DNA from: Felis catus
Taxonomy: Eukaryota
Direction of reading: 5' to 3'
Assembly: GCF_018350175.1 (NCBI RefSeq)
Contig: NC_058368.1
Coordinates: forward strand, 236,470,001 to 236,534,000
Length of the DNA: 64,000 bases
A program made the position numbers and the translations under genes. Positions 24,436-36,900 of the stretch are shown piece after piece. Every line of letters begins with the position of its first letter. The stretch's first letter is position 1. The notes beneath the pieces were generated by a model, which was not told the DNA's origin, ran no database searches, and saw only the letters and a list, made by a program, of their open reading frames with translations.

Positions 24436-26871
24436 ATCGAGGTTTGGGTAGCAGCAATCCATAGCAGGCATCAGGGATTCGATGACTCTTCTCCTGAACC
24501 CCACCCCCCCGGGTATGGGCCCACAGCATGCTCCAGGGGGTTCTAATCATCAGACCACATGTCAAGAGGCAAGCTGGAGGCGACAGGTGAGGAGATGCCA
24601 GGGGCAGAAGCCACCTCCTGTAAACGACATTCCCCTGGGTTGCCACAGGACATTTACATGACTCACCAAAACTTAGTCACAGGGTCACATTTGGTTGCAG
24701 GGAAGCTGAGAAACACCTTTACTCCAGGTGATCTGACCCCAGCTAGAACCAGGGCTGTTTAGAAGGAAGCAACGACAGGAGGCAGGGATGCGATTTAAGC
24801 TTACCATTATTATCTTGAATACAAGTTGAAGAATATTGCCTGATATCATCTACTAAGATGCCTATAGTGTTTAACTAGAGCCTGTATAAATAAAAAAGTC
24901 TAGTCTTAGTAGAATAAACCACCAAATAAATACTGTCCTATTTGCCACCCTGGGTACTCTGAGAGTAATGTTCTAGTCATGCCTTTAACACAGTTATAAC
25001 GGATTATACCTTTGCACATTTCTGTCCAATTTTTCTTGGTGAAAAATCTGTCACAGAAATACTTGAACATTAGAGCAAATTTCAGCCTATAATTTATAGA
25101 ACGTTGCATACCATTTAGCTAGCAGATCATAGCTGTTCCTTTATAAATGTCATAGGAACCTTCCATTATATACTGCGAATGTGTAGAAAGAACATTTTAA
25201 AACATAAATTACCAGGACCCTTAAAATATATAATACTTTACAGACAGTAATGCTTTACCAGGCTGTCATGATTCCTCATGTAAATACGGACTGGATGTCT
25301 TTTTAAAGTGCTGTTTTGTCTTCCCAGCTGACTAGGACATCTCTAAAGAAAGTGGATGTTTTACCAGGATACTTAGGAAACCGTGAAATCGACTTTGAGT
25401 CAACAGAGTTGGGAAATGACTTTGGATTGTGCTGCTTGGGACTGGCCATTGGTGCCAGGAGGTTTGCTCAAGCCCACGCCCCTGGCCCCTCCCGTGGATC
25501 CTCCCACGTCCAGGACTACGCTGCAAAGTCCCGGAGTCTGGGGGGCCACAGATGCATAAAAGAACCGCCCATCACCTGCGATCCACACGCGCCTTCTCAG
25601 AAAGGCCGGCCTCCTCTGTCTCTATGTGAGTGAACTCTGTTGATCCGCATCAGTGTCCATCTAGCTATCGGTATTTTAGTTGATTTTCCACGATGAGGCC
25701 CGGATGTCTGAGCAGTTATTATCTCTAAGGCCCAGGTGCTTTGCTCTATGTGTTTATGTCTGTGTTCAGGTGACTGGCCACAAAACCCAAAAAGAAACAG
25801 ACGGAAAGCCCTTCATCTCCCCCATTAGGAAGCCTGCACTCGGTGATTATGAATGAGCGATGTGCTTGTGATTATCTAGTTGGCGATCAGAATAATTGAG
25901 AGGAGAGACGCTCTCACTATGGTGACCCTGAGATCTGATTGATGCCTTCGAGGGGCTGAACAGATTTTACTAAGCTGGTGTGGACTCTCTACCTCGCCAC
26001 AAAACAAATACACGGACAGCTTCCGGCTCAGTCTGTTGCATGAGTTGTCGTAGGCCTGCGCCTTCAGCTGTGTATTTCTGGGAGTCCCCTGGCTGGGGCC
26101 CGAAAGGCAGGAACCAGGTGATTTGGTGCTCTCTTCCTGGGAGCTGCCAGGCCAGGGACTGCATTTCCCCTCTTGGAATCCTTTCTTGGAGCTTCTTCCG
26201 AGGCCAAACGATGTTAAGTGGGTGAGGCGTCCCTCCTGGGGACAGCTGACTTCTGCCCGACCAACAATAGACACGTGTGCCCTCGGAGGCCACGCTGGAG
26301 CACCACGAGGTTAAGGACCAAATGAGGATGATTTGAGACCAACTTCCTCTTTTCCCGAGATCCTGGCTTCTGCACTGGCTTTCTGTTCCCAATTAAAATA
26401 GCAAACTGTCGAAATGTGTATAAACTTCCCCAGAGGGAGGGCGGAGGGCTTCTGAATGCTGTTATTTACCACCATCTCCCTGAGAACCAAAACCTCCATT
26501 AATCTCCCAGCCGGGCAGGCCTGGGGAGGGGCCCCGGCCTCTGCTCTGCTGGGTTCCCATTCTGGTAGCTGTGGCTCACCCCAGCCCCCGCCCCCGCCCC
26601 GCAGCTGCTGGCCCTCCTCTGGGGCTGACTTTGTTCTCCGCCCCTCTTGGTGGGGGGTGCCGATGCCAGGGCCTCAGCTATCCCCCCATTTCCCTGTCAC
26701 CTGAGGGGGGCTTCTGCCTTCTTCCCAGGCCCTCCTGCCCCCTCCGTATGTCTGGGTATACCACCTGGCTTTCCAACTCCCTACAAGACATTCTCTAAAG
26801 TCATTTCAAATCACCCAGAAACTGTGCTTGTTTTGCATTTTATGCGACTTTATCTGAAAGTTTAGGGCAGA

Positions 26872-27079
26872 TTTTTTTTTCATTTATTTATTTGTGAGAG
26901 ACAGAGAGAGAGCATGAGTGGGGGAGGGGCAGAGAGAGAGGGAGACACAGAATCCGAAGCAGGCTCCAGACTCCGAGCTGTCAGCACAGAGCCCGACGCG
27001 GGGCTCGAACTCACAAACCGTGAGATCATGACCTGAGTCGAAGTCGGACGCTCAACCGACTGAGCCACCCAAGTGTCCC
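26872..27079 (-). mobile_element. Can-SINE (SINEC_Fc)
   Basis: TSD tagggcagat at 26863 and 27080. Confidence 0.97.
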
Positions 27080-27137
27080 TAGGGCAGATACTCTTAACCC
27101 TGCATTTGTCTATAATTTATTAAGAGTGCGTCTTAGT

Positions 27138-27333
27138 GGGGGACATGTGGGTGTCTCAGTGCACTGATTTCAGATCGGGTCATGATCTCAGGGTCATGGG
27201 ATCAAGCCCCGTGTCAGGCTTTGCGCTGACAGTGTGGAGCCTACTTGGGATTCTCTTTCCCTCTGTTTTTGCCCCTTCCCTGATGCTCTCTCTCTCTCAA
27301 AAAAAACAACAAACAAACTTAAAAAAAAAAAAA
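27138..27333 (+). mobile_element. Can-SINE (older, diverged)
   Basis: gggtcatgatctcagggtcatgggatcaagccccgtgtcaggc, CT tract, poly(A). Confidence 0.9.
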
Positions 27334-27759
27334 AGAATCCTTCCTAGGATGTAACTACAAATCTGCGAAGAAAACAAAGATAACATTTCAGCGTGGGGAG
27401 CAAGGTGGAGAAGGGACCCCACATCAGAAGGCACAGCTGCAGAACGATCTTTCCCAGGACGTGGGGAACAGTGAGCTCCGAGGCCCGGTCAGTAAACGCA
27501 GGAATAAAACAAGACTTGTGCTTTTAATAAATCTCTGCTCCTTCCCGAAGGCTTCACCCTGCACCGACAGTACGTTACAGAGGCCTGGATGCTGAAGAAT
27601 CCCCAGCAGTGAGGAACCAAGGGTGCTCCGCGGCCGGGGCCTTGGGTGGTGGGCCAGGCCCCGGGGCCCGGCGCCTGGCAGGGCCGCCGACGCTCCGGGA
27701 AACCGCGTCTGAGTTTGCCAATGCCTTTCCAGAGCTGAGGCCGGCATGATAAAGTGGCG

Positions 27760-28100
27760 CTCTCTCCCCAGAAAGAATGTTTGCTTACTATTTCATCATC
27801 CCCAGAGGCGCAGAGAAGGAAAAAAAGCACATCAGTTGTCATTATGACAGGGTAAAAATGGAACCATCATATTTCAATAACACAATGCGACGCGCAGCCC
27901 ATCGAGTGATGAGTTATGGAATCGCTCGCTCACACTGGACTATAAGTTAATATTATCTCCCCAGGATAATTAGAGTGAAGTTCAATTACTGACCCTGAAT
28001 TGCCATGTGGGCCACACCATGGGTTTTGACACAGCTTTTACACATTTATCTTTTCACCTAACGTGCTACATCTGCATCGCGGTGGTGATTAATCTTGCGG
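27760..28100. promoter_or_regulatory. Candidate enhancer / conserved non-coding element
   Basis: Repeat-free; TGTCA-tta-TGACA at 27837-27849, several TAAT cores; conservation not tested. Confidence 0.45.
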
Positions 28101-29505
28101 GGCCCCTTCCAGCTTGCACCATTCCTCTGGCATGGATCGACTGGTCCCTGGAGTCCCCTTGAGCACGGTGGGAGTGCGTCTATTACACTGTGTTTTTCTG
28201 CCAATTTACGTCCCTCTTTGTGTTAGCTTATTGTGGTCACTTCTGAAGTTGGGTCAAGTGGGTACTTCCCCAAAGGTCACTCTCTGCGGAAAGTGGCCGT
28301 GACCACCTACCGGCGGACCCCCGGGGGTCGGACCCTTTCTATGCCTGTGCCTTTGTGAGCCGTACCCACAGCGGTGCCACTGAAAGCCAGGCCCCGTTCT
28401 TTCCACGGGGAGGGTGAGCGAGGCTTGTTAATGCCCAGCTAGCTCCTGAGCAGCCCCAAGCCTCCCGGAATGCCCATGGTCACTTCTCACCCTTGGCAAA
28501 GCAGAACAAGCCCCGTGCAGCAGCCTGGCAGGAGGCAGGCGTCCTCACCCAGGGCCAGAGCGAGAGGAGCTCAGAATGATGATTAACGAAGTATTGTGGC
28601 AGCAAAGACACCAAAGCAGAAGGCTATTAAGGCAAAGAGACTTCCAGTCGGAAGCCGTGCATTCGTCCCAACCTGGGATTCGTAAGAGCTAAAGAAACGA
28701 AAACTTGCAGTCCCAGGATCTTGATCGGCTTTATTTTGTCTGTTACAAAATGCATTTGTCCCCATTCCGGGGCAGATGGTTAAAAGAATCAGGGCCTGAG
28801 CCCTACAGTTTGGGGGATACCAGGACTCCCAGCCCCTGGGTGTGGGAGGAGGGGGCTGAGGGCTGAATCCACAGCAGGAGCTTTGAGACCCAGGGCAGCG
28901 CCCGAGGAGACTTCTCTGCAATGGCCACGCAGCCTCTCCGGGGACAGTCCGTCTGCCCTCTTCCTCATGTCTCGTGCCCCCAAAGCTGCTTTTTAAAACC
29001 TAATTTTTAGAGGAGAACGAGGTGGGTCACAGCACAAACCTGATTAAACTATGCCAAACGCGTGTCAGTCTTTCCTGGGCAAGACTGGCCCGTGGAGGGT
29101 TCCAGAGAGGCCTGATGTCTCGCTCTCATTCTGGACCTAGTTAGGGTTGGGGGGGGCTTGAATCCCGACTCCAGCCTCACATCATCACCCACAAGGACAG
29201 CAGCAGCCCCCCGGGAGCAAGCTGGTGGTTCCGCAGGATAGCGCGACGGGCTGCCGCGTGGTGCTGCTGGTCAGCTAATGTGCGTGTGGCTGGTTTACTG
29301 TCCCCATGGAGCCTCTGGTTTATCTGGGGTCCCTTTCAGTTCCTCACATCAGTCCTATTATTTGGATTACTTAGATTATTCAGGTATTTTAGATCATTTA
29401 CCTAAGAGTACCGATGTACAAGACGGCTATTTTAATTCCAGAATACTTCAGAAGAGTCTAGACTCGGTCCGGTCGATGTAAAATGCTATTTTGATCATCA
29501 CTGCT

Positions 29506-29643
29506 GGGGAGTCTGAGTGGCTTAGTTAGTCGAGCATCCGACTCTTGATTTTGGCTCAGGTCATAATCTCAGGTCAAGAATCTCTCTTTCCTTCCCTGTC
29601 CCCTGCTCGTGCTCTCTCTCTCTCTCTAAAATAAAATAATAAT
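29506..29643 (+). mobile_element. Can-SINE with internal deletion
   Basis: Head joined directly to the CT tract and tail; TSD atSactgctg. Confidence 0.85.
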
Positions 29644-31083
29644 AATGACTGCTGACATCTTACGTGATTATTTTTGTGGTTGTTTTTGTTTGTTTGTTTG
29701 TTTGTTTTTACACTACAGTGAAGTATGACATTAAGGGGGTGGCCCTTTAGGGAGCCGCCAGGATGATTGTTTTCCCCTTGAAATCCTTTCCCGGGTCTGA
29801 GATGCAGGCCTGGGTTGTAGGTGGGTCATGGGGTGCAGAGGTATGTCAGTTCTGTTGGAGTTGGGGCTCAGCGTGAAACAGGAGGTTGGTGGTCTTTCTT
29901 TTCCATGGTGATCGTGGACAGGCCTGGGTGCTGGGGGGCTGGGAGCGGGGGGCAGGAGAGGTGGACAGAGCCAATGACGGAGATTGGAAAGACTTGTCTT
30001 TCTTCTCGCAGCCAAGAGACCTTTGGTCTTCAGTTACCCCCTCGAACATGGAGGCCAAGACCGAGAGAAATACCTGATTTCCCCCTGTTTTGCTTATCCC
30101 CTTGAAAGAATAGTCCTACCCACAGCGGCAAGACATGGGCAGTCACCCGGGCCCAGGCCTGGCTGTGGAGGCAAAAGCTGAACGTGCCTCATGCAGACCA
30201 AACAGGACCCTCCAAAAAGCTGCCAACTTTTCTCCCGTGTCTCGAGACACTGCTCTAGTATGAATTCCGTACGCTAATGGACAGCAACTATGCACAGGAA
30301 ATTTAGTCATGGACCAGGAGACTACGATTGCTTAAATCTGGTCACCATCTGGTCAATGCGGCCCGAGCCTCTGGGAGCCAAGCTGTGATTTGCAAATTCA
30401 TCTCCTAAGCGTTCCGCCATATCGTGTTCAGATATCAGACGTGATCCATTCACTTGAGAAGCAAATGAACTAAGTGGAAGTGTTTGCATCTAATTCTTTC
30501 TGGAAGCAGGGTTAAAAACAGAGGCATCTCCTAAAGCTCTCCCCTGGGAGGCTTTTCTTTGCAAAATTACACTCAGGATCAAACTACTTTGACGTGGAGA
30601 GAATAAAAGACCCAAGTAAGCACATCGCAGGCTCCAGGTGAAACACTCTAAGTGCCGATGACAGCAGTGACAGACGAGTGAAGGCGAAGAATCTTTCAAA
30701 CTTCGGGGGAAGAAGTGCCTGGTGGGCTTGACGTGAGCAGGGGTGGGGGGCGGGTGTTTCAATATGCAGGGGAGGCGAGGCAGGAAGTGAGTTTTGCCTG
30801 CAGGAACTCTGCCCATGAAAACGGAGTGGCTGACCCAGCCGCTGGCTGATCCGACGGCTCTCTCATTTCCATCCGCTTTCCGTCCCCAGATGACACCAGG
30901 CCGCAGGTGTCTCTCTCTTCCTCTCCCGACTGTGCGGGGCTCCACACGCGTCCTGTACTCGGCGCGATCGGACCTAGCTCTGTCCCTGCTCTGCCCCGTT
31001 CTCAGCAACAGGCATGATCGCACATTTTCATTTCGAAATCTTTTGTCCAGGTGGTATCCTGCTGTTACTGAGGCCACAAATGC

Positions 31084-31114
<31 letters not shown>

Positions 31115-32432
31115 GCCTTTTCCCCCTTCGTAAACAACAACATCTGTTTTCATTCCAGGACTGTGCTCACAGCCCGTCCCGTGCGCTGTCCTGGGGTTCA
31201 TTCAGCTGGGCTTTGAGATCGCGCCGGGCACATTTCCTTTCTGAATCAATAATGCAATATTTATACTTTTTAACATGAAACAGAAAACTTTTCTTTTTTT
31301 TTTGGGGGGGGGGGGGTCATGTGTGGCTGTGGTTTATGCTGGCAGCCAGACGGGTTGAGTGGCAGAACAGACTTCTGGGAAGCAGAATTTCTTGGACTCC
31401 AAAGGGGTTTTGCTCAGGGGCCGTGCTGTGCGTGCAACGTCAGTCTGTAGCTGGCCCCGCAGCCCCACGCACCGTGTTCCCATGTGGGGCTTGTAGGCTT
31501 GGTCTCTGCAGCCGGGCCCAGACAAGAGCCCGCGTGGCGTTAGGGTGCCCCAGTGTCTCCCAGTGAGGTGGGATATCCTGAGAGAGGTCACCGCTGTCTG
31601 TGGAGTCGGGCCTACGGCTGGCGGGAAAAGGGTCACAGGGCCTTCCCCGGCCCAACACCAGCACTCGGACCTTCCAGAACCAGAAAAGCTAAAGAAAGGA
31701 AAGGAAAAAGGAGAAGAGAAGGGAAAGAGAAATCCAGAAAATGGAAGTTAGGGTGTCCGGCAGGAAAGAGGAAGCCGGTGAGAGCACCAGATACGTGAGG
31801 GAAAGAGGGCTATTCTGGAGGGATCTGCACCTGCTCCGACGTTGTGGGGACACAGGTGTTCCGGGAGGACCGGAGGCTCCCGGGCCACCTTGGTCCCCTC
31901 AGGTCCCACCAACGTCTGGCTTCCCTCTGGTGTTTGAAGTAAGGCCCGTAGAGTGAGTGAGAATGAGAACACCTTGCTGGCCCACCCCCTCACCTCCACA
32001 CCCACAGCCGCCCTGCAGCACCCTGTTTCCCCATCTGCTGACCCACCCCATCCCCGGGGTTAGCCGTGACCAGGGTGGGGACCGTCCACATGGGGCCGGA
32101 GCCGCCACGAGGTCCCTCTAGGGCCAGCCCCAATCCTCCCAGCTGGCTCCCCCCCACCTCCCGCCTGCTGGAATGCCCACGCCTGGGGGCATTCATCGGA
32201 GAGGCAGGCGCTGCTTACTTGGCCTCGGGGATTGCAGGGACACCCGTCCCACTGACGCCCGGCCGCCAGATGGGGCTTCTGTGTGAGAAAGAAAGATCTA
32301 GGATTGCAGCTAGGATTACATTAATTAAAGCAAGGTGGCCCGCATTCTGTTGCCCTCTATGCTTCCTTCTAAAAGGGTCTGTCCCCTGTATGTACCCTCC
32401 TTATCCACCCTCCGCCCCCCTGCCCACTAAAT

Positions 32433-32627
32433 ACATGTATATACATACATATACATATATATGTATATGTACATATATACATATATATACATACATATAC
32501 ATATATACATATATATATGTATCTATATCAATACAAGTTTTTAAATATATATATTTATATATATATATTTATTATTTATTTATAAATAATTTATAAATAT
32601 ATTTATATTTAAAAACTTGTATTGATA
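32433..32627. repeat. (TA/TACA)n microsatellite plus AT-rich inverted repeat
   Basis: Seen directly; arms at 32526-32549 and 32604-32627. Confidence 0.95.
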
Positions 32628-33024
32628 ATTAGCTTTAAGTTCATGTGTCTCTGGAACCGAGTAAGGTCTTTGTAAGGAAATAAAATAAAAACTAATATAC
32701 TTTTGGGCATAATTAGCAAAACTGATACCTCAACTCTCAACCAAACTTTCCTGAAATCCAAATTTTCTTTTCATTCTCTCTCCTACTTTTAAAAACAAAC
32801 ATACACTTCTTGAATTGGTTGCGAAACTAGACAATATGGATTGTGTGCTAATTTTAAAACACATAAAATATTACCTATAGTTATGAATACACACATACGT
32901 GGACAATTTCCATAACATATTTGGGAGAGATAAAGAGTAACCTCAGGAGGGTGGAGTCCTCTTAAGAGAGGAATGAGGGGTTCTGGACAGGGGAGGAGGC
33001 AGGTGTCAACTTCTACTGTGGGTG

Positions 33025-33586
33025 TAAACACTCATGTTCCCAGCAGCATTGCTCATGACAACCGAAAGGAGGAAGCAGCCCAAGTGTCCACCGATGGATG
33101 GTTGGATGGATGGATGGATAAAACAATGGGGTCCAGACACGTGATGGAATATGATTCAGCCTAAAACAGGAAAGGAAATCTTCGACATGCTATAACATGA
33201 ATGAGCCTTGAAAGTATTGCACAGAATGAAAGAAGCCAGGTAGCAAAGAACAAATCCTGCATCATTCTACCTAGATGAAGTCCCCGGGGGAGCCGGGTTC
33301 ATTGAGACAGAAAGCAGACCGGGGATGGGTGGCTGGGGGCGCTGAGGAGGGCGAGTCTGTGTTCAGTAAGGACAGAGTTTCAGTTTTACAGGTTGAGAAA
33401 ATCCCTGGAGTTGGGTGGTGAAGTTGGCTTAACAATAGCGTGGAGGTGCCCGATGATACCAAATCACACCCTTAAAAATGAATAAATGGCAGATTTTATT
33501 TTATAATATATATATTAATATGAAATGTATCATCAAGTTGGTTTTCATACAACATATTTTAGATAGATTTTACCACAATAAAAAAG
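33025..33586 (+). mobile_element. L1MB/L1ME-type 3' end, probably inserted in an older L1ME relic (about 32850-33680)
   Basis: cccaagtgtccaccgatggatg...atggaatatgattcagcc...gacagagtttcagtttt...ttttaccacaataaaaa. Confidence 0.85.
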
Positions 33587-33829
33587 AGAAGCCCGAAGCA
33601 AATAAGGCAAGTTATTACCACCTATAATATCTGGGGGTCTGGAAAGTCTTACTATCTTCTGTACTTTATAGTATGTGTGGGGGAAAAAACAGAGTTCACG
33701 GGTGATTAAAATTCAGAGAAAATCCCATGTGGCTCTAGACTAAGGCAGTGGGGCTTCTCCAACCCACTGCTCCTTCCTCTGCCTCAGCCAGGAATCCCTG
33801 GGGAACCTCATAGGAACTAAGAGTTCCCT

Positions 33830-33978
33830 GTCTCGCTGTCCTGTGATGGTGCATTTTCTTGTTTCTGTCTTCTCAGTTCCTCAGGAATGAGAAGTGACTT
33901 TATCCCTCTTTATTTCTCATGATTGCCCCAGCATGATTGCAGGTGGAAGAGGTTCTCAAGAAGTGTCCATTGACTGAA
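33830..33978 (+). mobile_element. L2 3' relic
   Basis: ttcctcaggaatgag...ccccagcatgattgcagg...ctcaagaagtgtccattgactgaa. Confidence 0.5.
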
Positions 33979-36900
33979 GAAACAACAACAACAAAATCCA
34001 TTTGTATCATCTAAACAGAAATTACAGGCTCTTTAAATCTATAGACGCCTCTTCTTCAATACAGATGAATCATAGGATTGTCCTAAGTCCGTATTTTTAC
34101 TTTTTTTAATCATTTCTTTGTTCTCACAAGTCCAAACTGACTAGGATGTTTCTAAGCTACGTCCTGGAGCCATTATTATCAAATACACTGTTGGTCGCTT
34201 CTTCAAATGTTGAAGGAAGACTTCTAGTCTCCTCTTTGCACATGTGCATTCCCTTGGGTGTTTTTTCCCAAGGTGACCTTGCTTCATGTACATCAGGACT
34301 TCCTTTTGACTTCCCAGGGTCACAGGCAGCTCCCAGGGTCACAGGCTACCGGGTGTGCCCTCCCCATGCACGTTGATGCTGGTCAGAGTGGAATGTGCCT
34401 GGAGCCCACAGGAGCACCAGTGGTTTGACTCTCCCCTGCATGCCCTGAGCTCTAAGTTCCCTAGGAACTGATAGCGATGCCTGGTGGCTCTTGGGGTTGC
34501 ATACCCTCCGTCCTGCCTCTCCAGTCTACTCAGAGTCTTTCCAGCTGATCCCGTGGACCCCACAGCCCCACTCTCCCCACGTGCCACAGGACCACAGCTA
34601 GGCCTTCACAACTGTTTCTGTCATCCCATGATTCATCCCTGCCTTGTGCAATGTGTTTGTTTCCTCACTGCTCCCAATTACGTAAGTCCTATCTTTATTT
34701 GTACTTGTACAGCTCTGTGCTTTCAACGTTCTCGTGTCTTTGGACACGATTCAGTCAGTAAAGACTTGAAAACACCTTAAAATTAAACACAGATACAGCA
34801 AGGGAGCATGAACTTGGCTGTCATGAGAAGTGACTGACATTGAGGGTTCATTCTTAATATTCCTTCCCACATGACAAAAGGAGGTCTCTGGGGAGTGAAG
34901 AAGGCTCCATAGAATTGCTTATCTCTAGAATCAGAAGACTACAGGAGGTGAAGAAAAACTTTGCAAAAATAGCAACCCGATGTTAAAATTCCCACCTATT
35001 CATATTCTCCCTCCTTTTAAAGCACCTGGCCGTGTTGGGACATATTCTTTTCCTAATGCTTGAAGAGTAAGGCACACAAACACGTAAAGAGCTTCCTCGA
35101 AGTTGTCAGAGGGAGATGCTTGATTTGGATACAGTCAGCACTTCTTTGAATCTTTATTTGCATTTCAGACATAACTTCTTATGGGATTATTATTTGTCTT
35201 CTCCAGAATTGCCATGCTCTTTTATTTGGTCTGGATTAGACACTGAATAACTGAAGGATTAGGGGGGAGGCTGTTCCAGAAGCCGGAAGTATTAGAAATC
35301 TCACCAAAAAATCTGCTTTGGTGCAATTCCCAGAAAGATTTGAGAGCTTGGAGAGGTTTATAGAGCTGGCCGAGTTTGGAATAAACATCTCCAAAATGTT
35401 GGGCCTGTTTCCAAACTGAAATGAAATTTGAGGTCCACCCATTTCACTAGTTATTAAGATAAAGAGAAATCCCCTGTTGAAATTGGATTACACAATTGGT
35501 AGTTCTTGCCATTGTTGAAACAGATCTACCCACAAATTTCATGCCTGTCTTCTTTTCTAAGTCCAGCTGCTAAGAGACAGAAAAAAAAAAGAAAAAAGGG
35601 AAAAAAAACCCACACAACTTCCTCCTTCCCTTGACAATTTGTTTAGTGTTGTTACCACTGAGGCTGCCAATGTTTGATAATCTCAATATGGAAAATCTGA
35701 TACTCATTTGGAGTAGGCATAGGGCTCAGGTAGGAGAAATGGGTTTTTCGTATCAGTCTTTCATGCAAGACCTAGCAATGGGGTGGAACATGAACGTTGT
35801 GCACGCGTCTGTACTGACTTCAGAATCCAATGTATGGAAATCATGTGAACAAGGATAAAACAAACAAAGGAACAAACAAAAACGAGCCCTCGCATTGACT
35901 ATGCATTCTCCTTCCTCAAGGTAAGAAGCAGAGAAAGTTCCTCTGCTTCAGTCTCCACCTTCAGAGGCATGTGCAACCTGTGTGGCTTCTTCTCTCTCCC
36001 ATTCTCAGGCTAAAAGAGGAACACCAAAGCACCCGTATCAGCTGACGTAAACCAGAGGAGCGGCACATTCGGAGTTCACACTTAAAATTATCATAAACTC
36101 TAAACATTGACTGGAATCCTAACGGTCTTTCTAGCCCAACCCACGGATTTCTAGGCCGGTCCCTCCGGTGCCTCCCAGAGGAAGGGGCGGTGGAACTCTG
36201 AGCCCCAGCACGGGGCTCGCTCTCCTGCAGTGGAGCCCTATGCCTGTGCACAGTGGAATGAGAAAGATCTATATCAGTAGAGGACGCTGAGAGCTCAGAT
36301 CTTTGTTGTCAAATTAAACACAGTGGATCCTTTTGAGATAACTTGGCCTTTGTGTGACTAGAATATTCTGAAGGGAACAGTCGGCTTTCTGTTGGAGGAG
36401 AAGTTCCTGAGTCTGGGAGCCTTCCTTACACTTGGTCCGTCTTTGTCTCCTTGCTTTCTGTGTTTGACAACTGCATGGGGCTGTATTATTTGCACCCCTG
36501 GATTGTGGTCAGCTGTGGGCCACACAGCACCCATTTAATCTTGTCTCAGTCCTGGGTAGTGAAGATCATTCTACTTCATTCTACTCTGAAAGCTAACAGT
36601 GTAAGGCAGCACAATTTAAGAAAAAAGAATAAAATGTTGAATTGGTGAGGACCATAGCTACCATGATGTCCCAAGTGGGAGACTCCAAATGTAGAGAGCA
36701 CAGAACCCATGCAGGGAAGAGACACAGGGCATACTTCCTCACGTTATCATTCCCTTCTTGGCTTTGTATTTAAAAAATCAAATTTCTGGAATAAAGATTG
36801 AAAAAGGTGAAACTAGCCACCATTCTAAAGTAAATCACACCCTAATTTTGGTGATTAAAACCCTCTGATTTAAATATGAACTATTGTTAACACAGCAGGT

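Noticed and set aside
30490..31143. Longest ORF (217 aa)
   Set aside because: Runs through a poly(T)-derived Lys tract; no domain or splice context; expected by chance in GC-rich DNA.
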